Positions 10,752 to 20,952 of a DNA stretch of 64,000 nucleotides are shown piece after piece. The stretch spans positions 43,234-107,233 of the forward strand of contig CAVWZL010000003.1 in assembly GCA_963759495.1 (NCBI GenBank). Reading direction: 5' to 3'. The notes beneath the pieces were generated by a model. The model saw only the letters and a program-made list of their open reading frames with translations. It was not told the origin of the DNA and did no database searches. This stretch comes from an uncultured Chloroflexia bacterium. Lineage in GTDB: Bacteria; Chloroflexota; Limnocylindria; Limnocylindrales; CSP1-4. Numbering within the stretch: position 1 is the first letter of the stretch; each line of letters starts with the position of its first letter. A program made the translations under genes and the position numbers.

Positions 10752-11621
10752 GTGAGCCTCCTCCTGCTGGTCGACCTCGACGGGGTCGTGTATCGCGGCG
10801 CCGACCCGGTTCCAGGGGTCGCGGCCGTCCTCGCTGCTCGCGCCGCGGCAGGCGACGACGTGGTCTACGTGACCAACAACTCGATGCACTACCGGGCCGA
10901 CTACGTGACCCGACTCGCGTCGATGGGCGCACCCATCACGCCAGACACGGTCGTCTCCTCCGCCCGCGCAACGGCGCTCTTCGTGGCCGAGCAGGATCCG
11001 CCGCTGCGGCGCGTCCTCGTTCTCGGGGCCGGAGGGCTGGAACGCGAGGCGCGCGATGCGGGGCTCGAGGTGGTGACCGCGGCCCACGCGGCCACCCGCA
11101 TGCAGCAGGAAGGGATCGACGGCTTCGCCGCCGCCGGGTCCCCGGACGCTGTCCTCGTCGGCCTCGATCCGAACCTGACCTATCTGCGGATCGCCGCGGC
11201 CGCCGATTGCGTTCGGGCAGGGGCCCGCTTCTTCGCGACGAACCGAGACCCCGTGTACCCGACGGAGCGCGGCCTCCGACCGGGAGCCGGCTCGCTCGTC
11301 GCCGCGGTGGAAGCAGCGACTGGTGTCGTGCCGACGTCGATCGGGAAGCCCGCCCCGCGTCTGCTCGAGATCGCCGCACACGCCGTGGGTCGTGACCCGC
11401 GCGAGGCGATCATGATCGGCGACGGGATCCTGACCGATCTCGCGGCCGCCAACGCGCTCGGGGCCAGGTGCGTCTTCATGCTGACCGGCGTCTCGACCCG
11501 CGAGCAGCTGCGCGGCCTCGCACCGGCGGACCAGCCCGCGGAAGTGGCCGAGAACGCGGACGAGCTCGCCGCCGCCCTCGACCGCCTGGCGGCCGCGGAG
11601 GTACCCGCCGGCGCGGGCTGA
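10752..11621 (+). CDS. HAD-superfamily subfamily IIA hydrolase (NagD-like)
   Basis: Motif I LLVDLDGVVY, with VYVTNNS and GDGILTDLAAA motifs. The GTG start lies inside the longer ORF 10572..11621. Confidence 0.7.
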   Translation: MSLLLLVDLDGVVYRGADPVPGVAAVLAARAAAGDDVVYVTNNSMHYRADYVTRLASMGAPITPDTVVSSARATALFVAEQDPPLRRVLVLGAGGLEREARDAGLEVVTAAHAATRMQQEGIDGFAAAGSPDAVLVGLDPNLTYLRIAAAADCVRAGARFFATNRDPVYPTERGLRPGAGSLVAAVEAATGVVPTSIGKPAPRLLEIAAHAVGRDPREAIMIGDGILTDLAAANALGARCVFMLTGVSTREQLRGLAPADQPAEVAENADELAAALDRLAAAEVPAGAG

Positions 11622-11657
11622 CGGAACCGGGCGGCACCGTCGCAGCGTCTCGCCGCC

Positions 11658-12476
11658 ATGAAATCCCTGACGGCCCTCGTGGCCCTGCTCTTCGTCGTCT
11701 CAGCGTGCGGCAGCGTCACGGCCAGTGCCGGCCCTTCCGGCACCGCCAACCCGAGTGCCGCGCCGAGCCAGCCGCCGCCGGCCGCCGCCGGACCCGAAGG
11801 ACCGTGGCAGCTGACCGGCGGAACCGTCAACGGCGCCCCGCTCGTCCTCGTCGAAGGGCGGCCCGTCACGTTCATCGTCGAGGGGAAGACCGTCGCCGGC
11901 CAGTCGGCCTGCAACCACTATTTCGGCGAGTTCGGGCTCCAGGACGGACAGGTCCGGCTGACCGGGCTCGGCGGCACGGAGATGGCCTGCGACGAGCCCA
12001 CCATGACCCTCGAGGCGGCCTACATGGCGGGCCTCGCCCTGGTCGAAGCGGCGACGATCGCCGGCGACAGCCTCACGCTCGGAGGCCCCGGCGTCGAGCT
12101 CCAGTTCGAACGGCTTCAGCCACCGCCGACAGCCGAGATCGTCGGAACGGGCTGGCTCCTCGAATCGGTCATCGCAGGAGATGCGGTCTCTTCGACGGTC
12201 GGCGAGCCGGCGACCCTCATGCTCAACGCGGACGGCACCCTGACCGGCTCGACCGGCTGCCGTGCGATCACCGGACGCTATGTCGTGACCGGTGCCGAGA
12301 TCACCTTCAACGAGCTGTCGACCGAGGGCGAGTGTCCGGCCGAGCTCGCCGGGCAGGACGCACACGTCATCGAGGTGCTCGGCGATGGATTCCGGGCCGC
12401 GGTCGACGGCCAGGCGCTCACGCTCTCCGACGCCAACGGCAAGGGTCTCGGCTACCGGGTGCTCGCCGCCGAATAG
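11658..12476 (+). CDS. lipoprotein with tandem META/HslJ-like domains
   Basis: Lipobox VSAC. Two repeats carry the CNHYFG / GCRAITGRY META-domain signatures. Confidence 0.65.
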   Translation: MKSLTALVALLFVVSACGSVTASAGPSGTANPSAAPSQPPPAAAGPEGPWQLTGGTVNGAPLVLVEGRPVTFIVEGKTVAGQSACNHYFGEFGLQDGQVRLTGLGGTEMACDEPTMTLEAAYMAGLALVEAATIAGDSLTLGGPGVELQFERLQPPPTAEIVGTGWLLESVIAGDAVSSTVGEPATLMLNADGTLTGSTGCRAITGRYVVTGAEITFNELSTEGECPAELAGQDAHVIEVLGDGFRAAVDGQALTLSDANGKGLGYRVLAAE

Positions 12477-13549
12477 CCGCCGGCCGAAAGCTCCGGGACG
12501 CCCGCCGCCCACGTATCGAACGACTCGCGGAGCGGCGCGACGGCCGTCTCCTCGCCGAATGCCACGTCCAGCGCGTGCCGGTTCATCGCCCACAGCTCGG
12601 GCAGCGTGACGCCGATCCGCTCGACGGCCCGGACGTATTCCTCCGACAACGTGATGTCGGACACGGTCGTGTCGTCCGTGTTGAGCGTCACCGGGACGCC
12701 GGCCCGGTGGAGGCGCGCCAGCGGGTGGTCGGCCACGGAGTCCACGATGCCGGCCTGCGCGTTCGAGGTCGGACAGAGATCGAGGGTCACGTCGCGCGCG
12801 ATGAGCTCCTCGCACAGCTCGGCGTCGTCGATCGTGCCGGGACCATGCGCGATCCGCTCCGGGTTCACGACGAGGGCACGGCGGACCTGGGCGGCGCCGC
12901 CCCACTCCCCGGCGTGCAGCGTGATCCGCAGGCCGCCGTCCCGTGCCGCTTCGAATGCCCGCGCATGGACGAGCGGGTCGGGGAATGCGGCCTCTGGCCC
13001 GGCCAGGTCCCACCCGATGAGGCCCTGGTCCCGGAACCGGACCGCCGTCTCGGCGAGGACGAGATTGTCGGCCGGGTCGTGCGAGCGCAGTGCCGTGCAG
13101 ATGAGCCGGACGACCGTGCCGGTTCGCCCGCCCGCCTCGGCGGCACCCCGACACACCGCCGCGATCCCATCGGCGAGCGACAGCCCGCCCGCCACGTGGA
13201 GCAGGGGACCCCAGCGGATCTCGACGTAGCGCACGTGCTCGGCGGCCTTTGCCTCGACCAGCTCGGTCGTGATGCGCTCGAGCGCCTCGGCGTCCTGCAT
13301 CAGGGCGATCGGCAGGTCGAACGCGCGGAGGAGCTCGGCCTGGTCCCGGCACCGTTCGGGGGCGACGAGGGCGTCGAACATCCCGGCCCAGTCGCGCGGT
13401 CCGTCGACACCCCGTGTCCGTGCCAGCTCGAGCGCCGTGTCGACGCGGAGGGAGCCGTCGAGGTGCAGGTGGAGCTCGGCCTTGGGCATGGTCTCGACGA
13501 GGCGCCGAAGCGGCGGACCGGACAGCGTGGCGCGGGCGGGTTCGAGCAT
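12452..13549 (-). CDS. add: adenosine deaminase
   Basis: ELHLHLDGS metal-binding motif, HAGE motif and TLNTDD motif. Confidence 0.85.
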   Translation of the reverse strand: MLEPARATLSGPPLRRLVETMPKAELHLHLDGSLRVDTALELARTRGVDGPRDWAGMFDALVAPERCRDQAELLRAFDLPIALMQDAEALERITTELVEAKAAEHVRYVEIRWGPLLHVAGGLSLADGIAAVCRGAAEAGGRTGTVVRLICTALRSHDPADNLVLAETAVRFRDQGLIGWDLAGPEAAFPDPLVHARAFEAARDGGLRITLHAGEWGGAAQVRRALVVNPERIAHGPGTIDDAELCEELIARDVTLDLCPTSNAQAGIVDSVADHPLARLHRAGVPVTLNTDDTTVSDITLSEEYVRAVERIGVTLPELWAMNRHALDVAFGEETAVAPLRESFDTWAAGVPELSAGGYSAASTR

Positions 13550-13602
13550 GACGCGATGCTACGATCCCGGGCCATGAACGACCGGTCGGGCGCGCACCCG
13601 CT

Positions 13603-14571
13603 ATGCCCGCGCCCGTGACCCGAGTGGGGGGCCTCGCCCGCGCACTCGGGTTCACGCTGATCGCGCTGCTCGTGGCGGCAGGCGCCTCCGGCATCGTCGT
13701 CGGGCTCGACCACGTGCCCGGCACGCCGGCACGCGCGGAGCTCACCTGGGCCGCGGACCGGGCAGCCGCCGCGGACCTCGATCGTGCCCAGGCGGGTCTC
13801 CTCGCGCTCGAGCCGCAGCTTGCGGACCTGGGCGTCCAGGCCCGGGGCGCGCTCGCGTCGCTGGCCGGCCAGGACCTCGATACGGTCGAGTCCGCCGTCG
13901 ACGAGGGATCGCGGCTCGTGGCCCGGACCCGGGAGGCGGCCGCAACCCTTCGAGCGCAGCTCGCCGACGTGCCAGGGATCGACGGCCCCGCGGCGCGGCT
14001 CGTCACCTCGGACGCGGTGAGGGATCGCCACGCGGCCATGCTCGAGGCGTTGGATGCCACGGAGGGACTCGGCCCGGCCTGGGCCAGGCTGACCGTGGGC
14101 GCGATTGCCGCCTCGCGCCTGTCCGAGCTCCTGGCAGACCACGATCAGACCATGGTTCGCGCCGTCGAGGCAGGTCGTGCGGCCCGGTACGACGAGGCGA
14201 ACGCCACGATCGACGAGGCGACGGCCCTCCTCGACCAGGCGGATGAGCTGCGGCGCCAGCTGGCCAACACGGTCGACGTGACGACGCTGGTCGAGTGGCT
14301 CCGCCGCAACCGCACGTTCGACGATGCCCTGCGGACGCTCTACTCGGCGCTCGACGCGTCGGGCGGGCGGAGCAACCCTGCCGTGCGTGAGGCACTCGCC
14401 GCACAGGAAGCAGCGCGCGACCAGCTGCCGCCCGACACACGCGGTCTGATCGTGATCATGGCGGAGATCGGCCGGGGCGGGCTCAATGGTGCGGTCATCA
14501 CCATCGAGAAGGCGCGGGGCAGCCTCGCCGCTGCCATCGTCGACCTGACCGTGGAGTCGCCCGCTCCCTGA
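13603..14571 (+). CDS. hypothetical membrane-anchored protein
   Basis: One N-terminal TM followed by an Ala/Leu-rich coiled region. No recognisable domain. Confidence 0.45.
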   Translation: MPAPVTRVGGLARALGFTLIALLVAAGASGIVVGLDHVPGTPARAELTWAADRAAAADLDRAQAGLLALEPQLADLGVQARGALASLAGQDLDTVESAVDEGSRLVARTREAAATLRAQLADVPGIDGPAARLVTSDAVRDRHAAMLEALDATEGLGPAWARLTVGAIAASRLSELLADHDQTMVRAVEAGRAARYDEANATIDEATALLDQADELRRQLANTVDVTTLVEWLRRNRTFDDALRTLYSALDASGGRSNPAVREALAAQEAARDQLPPDTRGLIVIMAEIGRGGLNGAVITIEKARGSLAAAIVDLTVESPAP

Positions 14572-14587
14572 CCCCGCGGCGGCCCGC

Positions 14588-14596
14588 GGGTACACT
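14588..14596 (+). promoter_or_regulatory. putative extended -10 (GGGTACACT) for pepA
   Basis: AT-containing TANNNT hexamer with an upstream G in a GC-rich spacer, about 70 nt before the ATG. A near-identical 20-mer recurs at 23188. Confidence 0.3.
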
Positions 14597-14665
14597 GCGG
14601 GCCACTTCCATCCGCGCGCGCAGCCCTTCCGCGCCGTTCCTCGCCTTCCGGAGGTTCCTGACCCG

Positions 14666-16177
14666 ATGCAGATTCGCGTCGTCCCCGATCAGCCCTGGGA
14701 TGTCCAGGCCGACGTCCTGGTGGTGCCGATCCTCGGCGAGCCGGCCTTCGATGGTCCGCTTGACGAGATCGACCGGCGATCCGGCGGCGAGCTCCGATCT
14801 CTCGCGGCGTTTGGCGAGATCCGGTCGAAGCGCTACGCGACGTCGCTCGCCTCGGCCGGGGACCTTGCTGCGGGCCGTCTGTTGACCGTGGCGGCCGGTG
14901 ACGCAGAGGAGCTCGATCGCGAGGCCGTCGTCCGCGTCGCCGCATCGGCCGAGCGACGCCTTGGTGGTCGCGAGGTACATCGCCTCGCCATCTGGATCAC
15001 CCCGCTTGCGGACGCCCTGGCCGACGGCGCGACGCGCGTGGCCGAGCTCGTGGCCCGTGGCGTCGTCGAGGGCTCGTATGAGCCGCAGGCCATCTATCGC
15101 GACACGGTCGAGACCGCGCCGCCGATCCTCGACGAGCTGATCATCGTCGCGCCCGGTGCCGACGTGGGGGCCCTGACCGCCGCCGCGGAGCGTGGCCAGA
15201 TCATCGGAGAAGGGGCCAACTTCGCCCGCGACCTGTCGAACCGGGCCTCGAACGACGTCTCCCCGGAGGTGCTCGCCGACGAGGCACGCGCGGTCGCCGA
15301 GCGCAATGGCCTGTGGATCGATGTCCTCGAGCCCGACCGGGCCACCGAGCTGGGCATGGGCATGTTCATGGCGGTCGGCCGTGGCAGCGACAACCCGCCG
15401 CGGATGATCGTCATGCGCTCGGGCGGGGAGGGGGAGACCGACGCCCTCGGACGACACCTTGCAATCGTCGGCAAGGGCGTCTGTTTCGACTCCGGTGGGA
15501 TCAGCATCAAGCCGTCCGACCGGATGGAAGAGATGAAGATGGACAAGACCGGTGCGTGCACCGTGATCGCGGCCATCGAGACCGTCGCCCGGCTCGCCCC
15601 GGGCACCCCGCTGCTCGCGCTTGCCCCCGCCGTCGAGAACATGCCCGGCCCGCATTCGACGCGGCCGGGGGACATCGTGACCGCGATGAACGGCAAGAAG
15701 GTCGACATCACGAACACCGACGCGGAGGGCCGTCTCATCCTCGGCGACGCGATGGTGTACGCGGAGCAGCTCGGCGCCACGCACCTCGTCGACGTCGCGA
15801 CGCTGACCGGCGCCGTCGTGCGTGCCCTCGGCCACCTCGTCACGGGGGCCTTCGGGACGCCCCAGGACTTCTACGACACGGTCACGGCGGCCGGCGCCGC
15901 AGCGGGTGAGCGCTACTGGCAGCTCCCGCTCGTCGAGGAGTACCGGGCCGAGATGGAGAGCTGGTACGCCGACTTCCAGAACGCCGGGACGGCCGATGCG
16001 GGCCTGATCCGCAGCGCCCTGTTCCTGCGCGAGTTCACGACGAAGCCGTGGGTCCACCTCGACATCGCCGGCTCGGCCTACTACCGCAAGCCGACCCCCT
16101 GGGCGCCTCGCGGCGCAACCGGCACCTCGCATGCCACGCTCGTGGAGCTGGCGCTCGCCGGCGCCCGGCCGAGCTAG
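14666..16177 (+). CDS. pepA: leucyl aminopeptidase (M17)
   Basis: NTDAEGRL, DVATLTGA and MKMDKTGA motifs. GGAGG Shine-Dalgarno 11 nt upstream. Confidence 0.9.
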   Translation: MQIRVVPDQPWDVQADVLVVPILGEPAFDGPLDEIDRRSGGELRSLAAFGEIRSKRYATSLASAGDLAAGRLLTVAAGDAEELDREAVVRVAASAERRLGGREVHRLAIWITPLADALADGATRVAELVARGVVEGSYEPQAIYRDTVETAPPILDELIIVAPGADVGALTAAAERGQIIGEGANFARDLSNRASNDVSPEVLADEARAVAERNGLWIDVLEPDRATELGMGMFMAVGRGSDNPPRMIVMRSGGEGETDALGRHLAIVGKGVCFDSGGISIKPSDRMEEMKMDKTGACTVIAAIETVARLAPGTPLLALAPAVENMPGPHSTRPGDIVTAMNGKKVDITNTDAEGRLILGDAMVYAEQLGATHLVDVATLTGAVVRALGHLVTGAFGTPQDFYDTVTAAGAAAGERYWQLPLVEEYRAEMESWYADFQNAGTADAGLIRSALFLREFTTKPWVHLDIAGSAYYRKPTPWAPRGATGTSHATLVELALAGARPS

Positions 16178-16221
16178 CCGGGCAGGGCGGGCCGGGCCGG
16201 TCGGACGCTCGAACCCTGGTC

Positions 16222-16893
16222 GTGACGCTCGATTCGCCGCTCGTCGCGGCTCTCTGTGCGCTCGCGGGTGCCCTCCTCGGCTACGCGTCGGACCGGTTCG
16301 CCGTTCGCTGGCCCGAGCACGATCCCGAGGAGGCCGAACAACATCCGGCGGGCCGGGCAGTCGGCTGGCGGACGCTGGTCGTGGTGGCGGTCTCGGCGGT
16401 GGCCTTCGGGCTGCTTCCTGGACGGTTCGCCGACGAGCCCTTCGGCCTGGTGCTGTTCGGTGCGTGGTTCGTGACCCTCGTCATTGGCCTCGCAACGGAT
16501 CTCGATCAGCGGTTGCTCCCCGACGTCCTCACGCTGCCCGTCATCCCGGTCGCGCTCGTCGTGGCCGTCGTGGGATTCAACCCGCTCGTTGGCGCTGGCT
16601 GGGTCGGGGCCGTCATTGCGGCCGTGCTCATCCCCGCAATCCTGTACCTGCCCTCGATCCCGTTCGGGGCCGGCGCCTTCGGCCTCGGGGACGTGAAGCT
16701 GCTGATCGGCGCGGGGCTGCTGCTCGGGCTGTCACGATCGGTCAGCGGCGTCGTTGCCGGCCTGCTGCTGGCCGGGCTCGTGCTCGTGATCCTGCTCGCG
16801 GCGCGGCGGATCGGGCGCCGGTCGTACGTCCCGTTCGGGCCATTTCTCATCATCGGGGCGCTGTGGGCCGTGCTTCTGCTGCCGAACCCCTGA
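16222..16893 (+). CDS. prepilin peptidase / type IV leader peptidase family (A24)
   Basis: Polytopic membrane protein with GLGDVKLL (the GGDVKL-type catalytic Asp motif) and the ATDLDQRLLPD first Asp motif. GTG start within ORF 16048..16893. Confidence 0.7.
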   Translation: MTLDSPLVAALCALAGALLGYASDRFAVRWPEHDPEEAEQHPAGRAVGWRTLVVVAVSAVAFGLLPGRFADEPFGLVLFGAWFVTLVIGLATDLDQRLLPDVLTLPVIPVALVVAVVGFNPLVGAGWVGAVIAAVLIPAILYLPSIPFGAGAFGLGDVKLLIGAGLLLGLSRSVSGVVAGLLLAGLVLVILLAARRIGRRSYVPFGPFLIIGALWAVLLLPNP

Positions 16894-16924
16894 CCACCCC
16901 GGACCATCGTTCTAGTCCGAATGC

Positions 16925-17090
16925 AGGTTGTAACGGGGTAGACTCGACCGGCTAGAATGCCTGACAGCCGGTGCCGCTCGAGCAGGTGCTCACCTCGAAC
17001 GGCGCTCACCCGGTTATGGTCAGCAACCGTCAACGCGCACGCGCAGGCCCCGCGCGAACAACGGAGTCCCGTCACGATGATCTCCACGAG
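16925..17090 (+). ncRNA. structured 5' leader of the M23 peptidase gene, candidate ydaO-like (c-di-AMP) riboswitch
   Basis: About 130-170 nt untranslated leader downstream of TAGACT/TAGAAT -10-like hexamers (16939-16958), with several nested hairpins (ACCGGCT...AGCCGGT, AGGTG..CACCT, ACGGagtcCCGT). GGGGTA and CCCGG...CAGCAACCGTCAACGCG segments resemble ydaO conserved blocks. ydaO commonly controls cell-wall hydrolases in Actinobacteria. Confidence 0.3.
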
Positions 17091-17093
17091 TTG

Positions 17094-18461
17094 ATGCGAG
17101 TTCGCGAGCAACAGAAGACCGTCACCTGGTCCTCGTCGAGCCGACCCCCTCGGCCAAGCCGCCGACTCCTCCTCCTGATCCTTGCCCTGCCGATGTTGCT
17201 CGGCTCGATCGGCGCTGCGCCGAACGCCCCTGGCGCACAGGCTGATGAGCTCTCCGACGCACGCGCCCGCCAGAGCGCGCTCAAGCGCCAGATCAAGCAG
17301 CAGCAGGCGCAGGTCGCGCGCCTCAACGGGATGCAGAAGGGGCTCGCGGCGGATATCTCGGCGACCAAGACCGAGCTCAAGGCGATCAATGCCGACCTCG
17401 CGACGGTCAAGAAGAAGGTCGCGCGCATGGTCATCCGGATCGACGAGGTCCGGACGGCCTATCAGGGGCTCGTCTCGCAGGGACAGGTGCTCGGCGCCTC
17501 ACTGGCGCGGGTCGAGGCCGAGGAGACCAAGCGAGCCGCGGAGCTCGCCGCCCGCAAGCGTGAGCTGAGCGAGCGCATTCGCAGCGCGTACGACACGGAT
17601 CGAACGTCGCTCCTCGAGACGTTCCTGTCAGGCGGCACGTTCACGGACCTGCTCGCCGAGGCGAGCTACATGATCGACGTCGGCGAGCAGGACAAGGCGC
17701 TCGCCGAGCAGATCGAGCGTGACCAGGCCCTTCTCGCCGCGATCCACCAGACCGTCCAGGAGACCCGCGGTGCCAACGAGGTGCTGCGACAGGAGACGCG
17801 TGTCCAGAAGTTGGCGCTCGACAAGAGCCTCGTCGAGCTCAAGGAGGCACAGGCGCAGCTCAAGAAGCTGGAAAAGGCGGCGCAGCGACAGCTCAAGAAG
17901 CAGAAGAATGCCTACGCCGAGCTGATCCGGAACAAGAAGAACGTCAAGGCGGCGATCGCCAAGGCCGAGGCCGGCCAGCGCGCCCTTGCCCGCCGGATCG
18001 ACTCGATCATCGAGAAGCAGCGTCGCGCCGGCAACATCCCGTCGAAGTACAACGGCCAGTTCCGATGGCCCCTGGTCGGCTCGATCAGCGGCGAGTTCGG
18101 CTGCAGCAGCTATCCGGGCTACGGACCGGGCAATGGCTGCGCCCACTTCCACAACGGCATCGACATCGTGGCCCCGCACGGCGCCCCTGTCCGGGCAGCG
18201 GGTAAGGGTGTCGTTGTCTACGTCGGGTGGAACTTTGCGGACGGCGCAGACCCGGCCTGGATCGTGATCATCGCGCACTCCTCGAACCTGAAGACCTGGT
18301 ACGCCCACATGGAGCCGCGCAACCCGGTGAGCGTCGGCGAGCGGGTGAGCGCGGGTGACGTCATCGGGTACGAGGGGAACACGGGGAACTCGACGGGCTC
18401 GCACCTGCACTGGATGGTCGAGCTGAACGGCGCGTGGAAGAACCCGAGGCTGTTCCTCTAG
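17094..18461 (+). CDS. M23 family metallopeptidase with N-terminal coiled-coil (EnvC/LytM-like cell-wall hydrolase)
   Basis: Signal peptide, then a ~250-aa coiled-coil, then a C-terminal M23 domain (HNGIDIVAPHGAPV...GNTGNSTGSHLHW). Confidence 0.8.
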   Translation: MRVREQQKTVTWSSSSRPPRPSRRLLLLILALPMLLGSIGAAPNAPGAQADELSDARARQSALKRQIKQQQAQVARLNGMQKGLAADISATKTELKAINADLATVKKKVARMVIRIDEVRTAYQGLVSQGQVLGASLARVEAEETKRAAELAARKRELSERIRSAYDTDRTSLLETFLSGGTFTDLLAEASYMIDVGEQDKALAEQIERDQALLAAIHQTVQETRGANEVLRQETRVQKLALDKSLVELKEAQAQLKKLEKAAQRQLKKQKNAYAELIRNKKNVKAAIAKAEAGQRALARRIDSIIEKQRRAGNIPSKYNGQFRWPLVGSISGEFGCSSYPGYGPGNGCAHFHNGIDIVAPHGAPVRAAGKGVVVYVGWNFADGADPAWIVIIAHSSNLKTWYAHMEPRNPVSVGERVSAGDVIGYEGNTGNSTGSHLHWMVELNGAWKNPRLFL

Positions 18462-18474
18462 GTCCGCGCGGACC
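18461..18474 (+). terminator. possible terminator hairpin GGTCCGCGCGGACC
   Basis: Perfect GC palindrome overlapping the stop codon of the M23 gene. No U-tract, which is common in high-GC genomes. Confidence 0.2.
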
Positions 18475-18925
18475 CGGCGCCACCCTGCCCCTCGCGGTCG
18501 GGCGTGCCGTGGCGCCGAGAGCAGTGACGGCTCAACCCGTCCCATCCGCCTGGGCGCCCGTCGGTCCGGCACGCTGGACGGACCACGCCGTCCCGCCTGC
18601 CGCAGGACGGCACGAGACGCGCGACATCCATCACAGCTCCCGCCGGACGGCAGACGGGCGGACGAATTGCGCTCGAGCGTGGCCCGGGAACCGAACGGAC
18701 ACGGGCCGGCGTCATTCTCGTGCCACGAGAGCAGCTGCCCGTTGTGGGCGAGGAACCGTCCAGGTTTTGCCCGCTCACGTCTGCGGTTCTCGCCCCACGA
18801 GATGATCGGGAGAGCTGAGCCCGGGATGGGTCCGCTGCTCTCGCCTGACGAGAATCCGGCGCAGGTACTGCCACGAAACGTTGACCCAACCACAATGCCC
18901 ACGGTGCAGGCTGCACCGGGGCCCC

Positions 18926-18935
18926 GTGCTAGCAT
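18926..18935 (+). promoter_or_regulatory. putative extended -10 (GTGCTAGCAT) for glgC
   Basis: TGnTAGCAT, about 45 nt upstream of the glgC GTG. The identical 13-mer CGTGCTAGCATCG recurs at 49148. Confidence 0.35.
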
Positions 18936-18979
18936 CGAGCTCCAGACGCAGACGCCCCAGCTAGGGAGTGGATCCGGGC

Positions 18980-20352
18980 GTGAAGACGACGATGGCGGTG
19001 ATCCTCGCGGGCGGCGAGGGCGAGCGGCTCTCGATCCTGTCGCAGAAGCGCGCCAAGCCCGCGGTGCCGTTTGGCGGCAAGTACCGGATCATCGACTTCA
19101 CGCTGTCGAACTGCGTCAACTCCGATATCACGAACGTCGTCGTCCTGACCCAGTACAACCCGCGGTCGCTCAATGACCACATCGGGCTCGGCCGGCCATG
19201 GGACCTCGACCGCAACTACGGCGGCGTAAAGCTGCGCCAGCCGTATATCGCCCGCGGCCGGGTTGCCGAGTGGTACCGCGGGACCGCGGACGCCGTGCTC
19301 CAGAACCTGAGCGAGCTCGAGCACAGCGACGCGGACACGATCCTCGTGCTGGCCGGTGACCACATCTACAAGATGGACTACCAGCCGTTCGTCCAGGCGC
19401 ACCGACGCCGCCGGGCCGATGTCACGATCGCCGTCCGACGCGTCCCCCTGGCCGATGCCTCTCGAATGGGCGTCCTCGCCCTGGACGACAGCGATCGCGT
19501 CATCGAGTGGCAGGAGAAGCCGAAGCAGCCGAAGAGCGACCTCGCGTCGATGGGCGTCTACGTCTTCTCCAAGAAGGCCCTGCGGAAGTGGCTCAGCGAC
19601 GACCTCGCCGACTTCGGGCGTCACGTCATCCCGGCGATGCTCGATGGGGGCGCGCGCGTCTTCGGCTACCACTTCGATGGCTATTGGCAGGACGTCGGGA
19701 CGATCCAGTCCTACTGGGAATCGAACATGGCGCTGCTGACCGACGCGCCCGAGTTCGACCTGTACGACACCGACTGGGTCATCCACACCCGGTCGGAGGA
19801 GCGCGCGCCGGCCAAGATCGGGCCAACCGCACAGGTGCACCGCAGCCTGATCAGCCACGGCTGCCAGATCAACGGGACGGTCGTGAACTCCGTCCTGTCG
19901 CCGGGCGTCCGCGTCGAGAGGGCGCCGTCGTGCGCGACTCGATCATCATGTTCGACTGCGTCATCGGTGCCAGCGCGGTCGTCGACCGGGCGATCCTCGA
20001 CAAGGAGGTCGTCGTGGGCCAGGGAGCCATCGTCGGCGACGGACCCGATTTCGATCGCCCCAACAAGAAGGAGCCGAACCGGCTCAACACCGGGATCACG
20101 GTGGTCGGCAAGCGGGCCGTGATCCCGCGCGGCGCCCGGCTGGGGCGCAACGTGAAGATTGCCGCCGACGCCAGGGCCGTCGACTTCACGAGCCGAATCG
20201 TCAAGTCGGGCGAGTCGGTCGAGATCCGCGATCCGGTCCGGCGCCAGGCCGTCGACCTTGACGGGGCGTCGGCGGGAACGGCGACCGCAACGCCCCCGGC
20301 CGGTACCGCGGCGGGTGGCGGCGGCGGCAAGCGGGCCGATCCCGAGCCCTGA
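18980..20352 (+). CDS. glgC: glucose-1-phosphate adenylyltransferase, with an apparent frameshift near 19918 (GAGAGGG)
   Basis: [43 protein letters not shown]. The C-terminal beta-helix ([26 protein letters not shown]...[14 protein letters not shown]) continues in ORF 19507..20352. AGGGAG Shine-Dalgarno before the GTG at 18980. Confidence 0.8.
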
Positions 20353-20382
20353 CCCAGCCGGGACGCTCCGCGGCAACTCGGC

Positions 20383-20388
20383 TAGACT
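20383..20388 (+). promoter_or_regulatory. putative -10 hexamer TAGACT
   Basis: Lies 9-10 nt upstream of the ATG at 20398, which suggests a leaderless or near-leaderless transcript. Confidence 0.25.
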
Positions 20389-20397
20389 CCGCGGGCT

Positions 20398-20952
20398 ATG
20401 CCATCCGCCAATCGCGGCGCACCCCCTGTGCGCCCGGCCGATGTCGAGGCGTGGTTCGCGGAGCTCGGTCTTGACCCGCTCGAACGCGCTGACCGCTCGT
20501 CGGTCACCAGCTGGGATCTGGTCCTCGACGGTCGTCGCCGCTTCGACCTTCGTGTCACGGTCATCCTCGACCCGGCCCTCGGGCTGATCTGCTGGGCGCA
20601 CTACGCGCCCCCGATCAACGACCTCTTCCGCAAGTCGTACCGCAAGCTGCTGCGCTGGAACGACGAGTTCCCGTTTGCCAAGTTCTCGGTCGGCGAGGAC
20701 GAGCGCCCGCAGCTGGCCGTTGAGCTGCCACCCGAAGCCGCCACGGCCGACGCGCTCGGTCTGGCTCTCGCCCGGATCGTCGGCATCGCCGACGCCTTGC
20801 TCGACGAGACGCGCGACTGGCTGTGGATCGGCGGCCGCGAGCCGGTCCGGCCCGGAACGCCGGAGCGAACCCCACGCAACCGGCAGCTGCTCGACCGGTA
20901 CACCGACCGCCTGCCGGAGCTCTTCGGCGAGCCGGCGGAGGTGCCGGCATGA
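20398..20952 (+). CDS. hypothetical protein (possibly YbjN-like), translationally coupled to a downstream metalloprotease
   Basis: 184-aa ORF. Its stop overlaps the next ATG (ATGA). Confidence 0.45.
   Translation: MPSANRGAPPVRPADVEAWFAELGLDPLERADRSSVTSWDLVLDGRRRFDLRVTVILDPALGLICWAHYAPPINDLFRKSYRKLLRWNDEFPFAKFSVGEDERPQLAVELPPEAATADALGLALARIVGIADALLDETRDWLWIGGREPVRPGTPERTPRNRQLLDRYTDRLPELFGEPAEVPA

Noticed and set aside
14572-14592. Rho-independent terminators after the gene at 13603..14571 (CCCCGCGGCGGCCCGCGGG) and after the ORF at 26923 (GGGACATCG-N14-CGATGTCCC)
   Set aside because: These are GC hairpins with no following U-tract. Such hairpins are plausible terminators in high-GC genomes, but they cannot be told apart from chance palindromes, so only one example is listed, at low confidence.
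18434-18805. ORFs 18434..18805 (+) and 18458..18916 (-) in the 500-nt region between the M23 peptidase and glgC
   Set aside because: The translations are Arg/Pro/Ala-rich and lack any domain. The region carries a promoter motif and hairpins, so it is probably non-coding.
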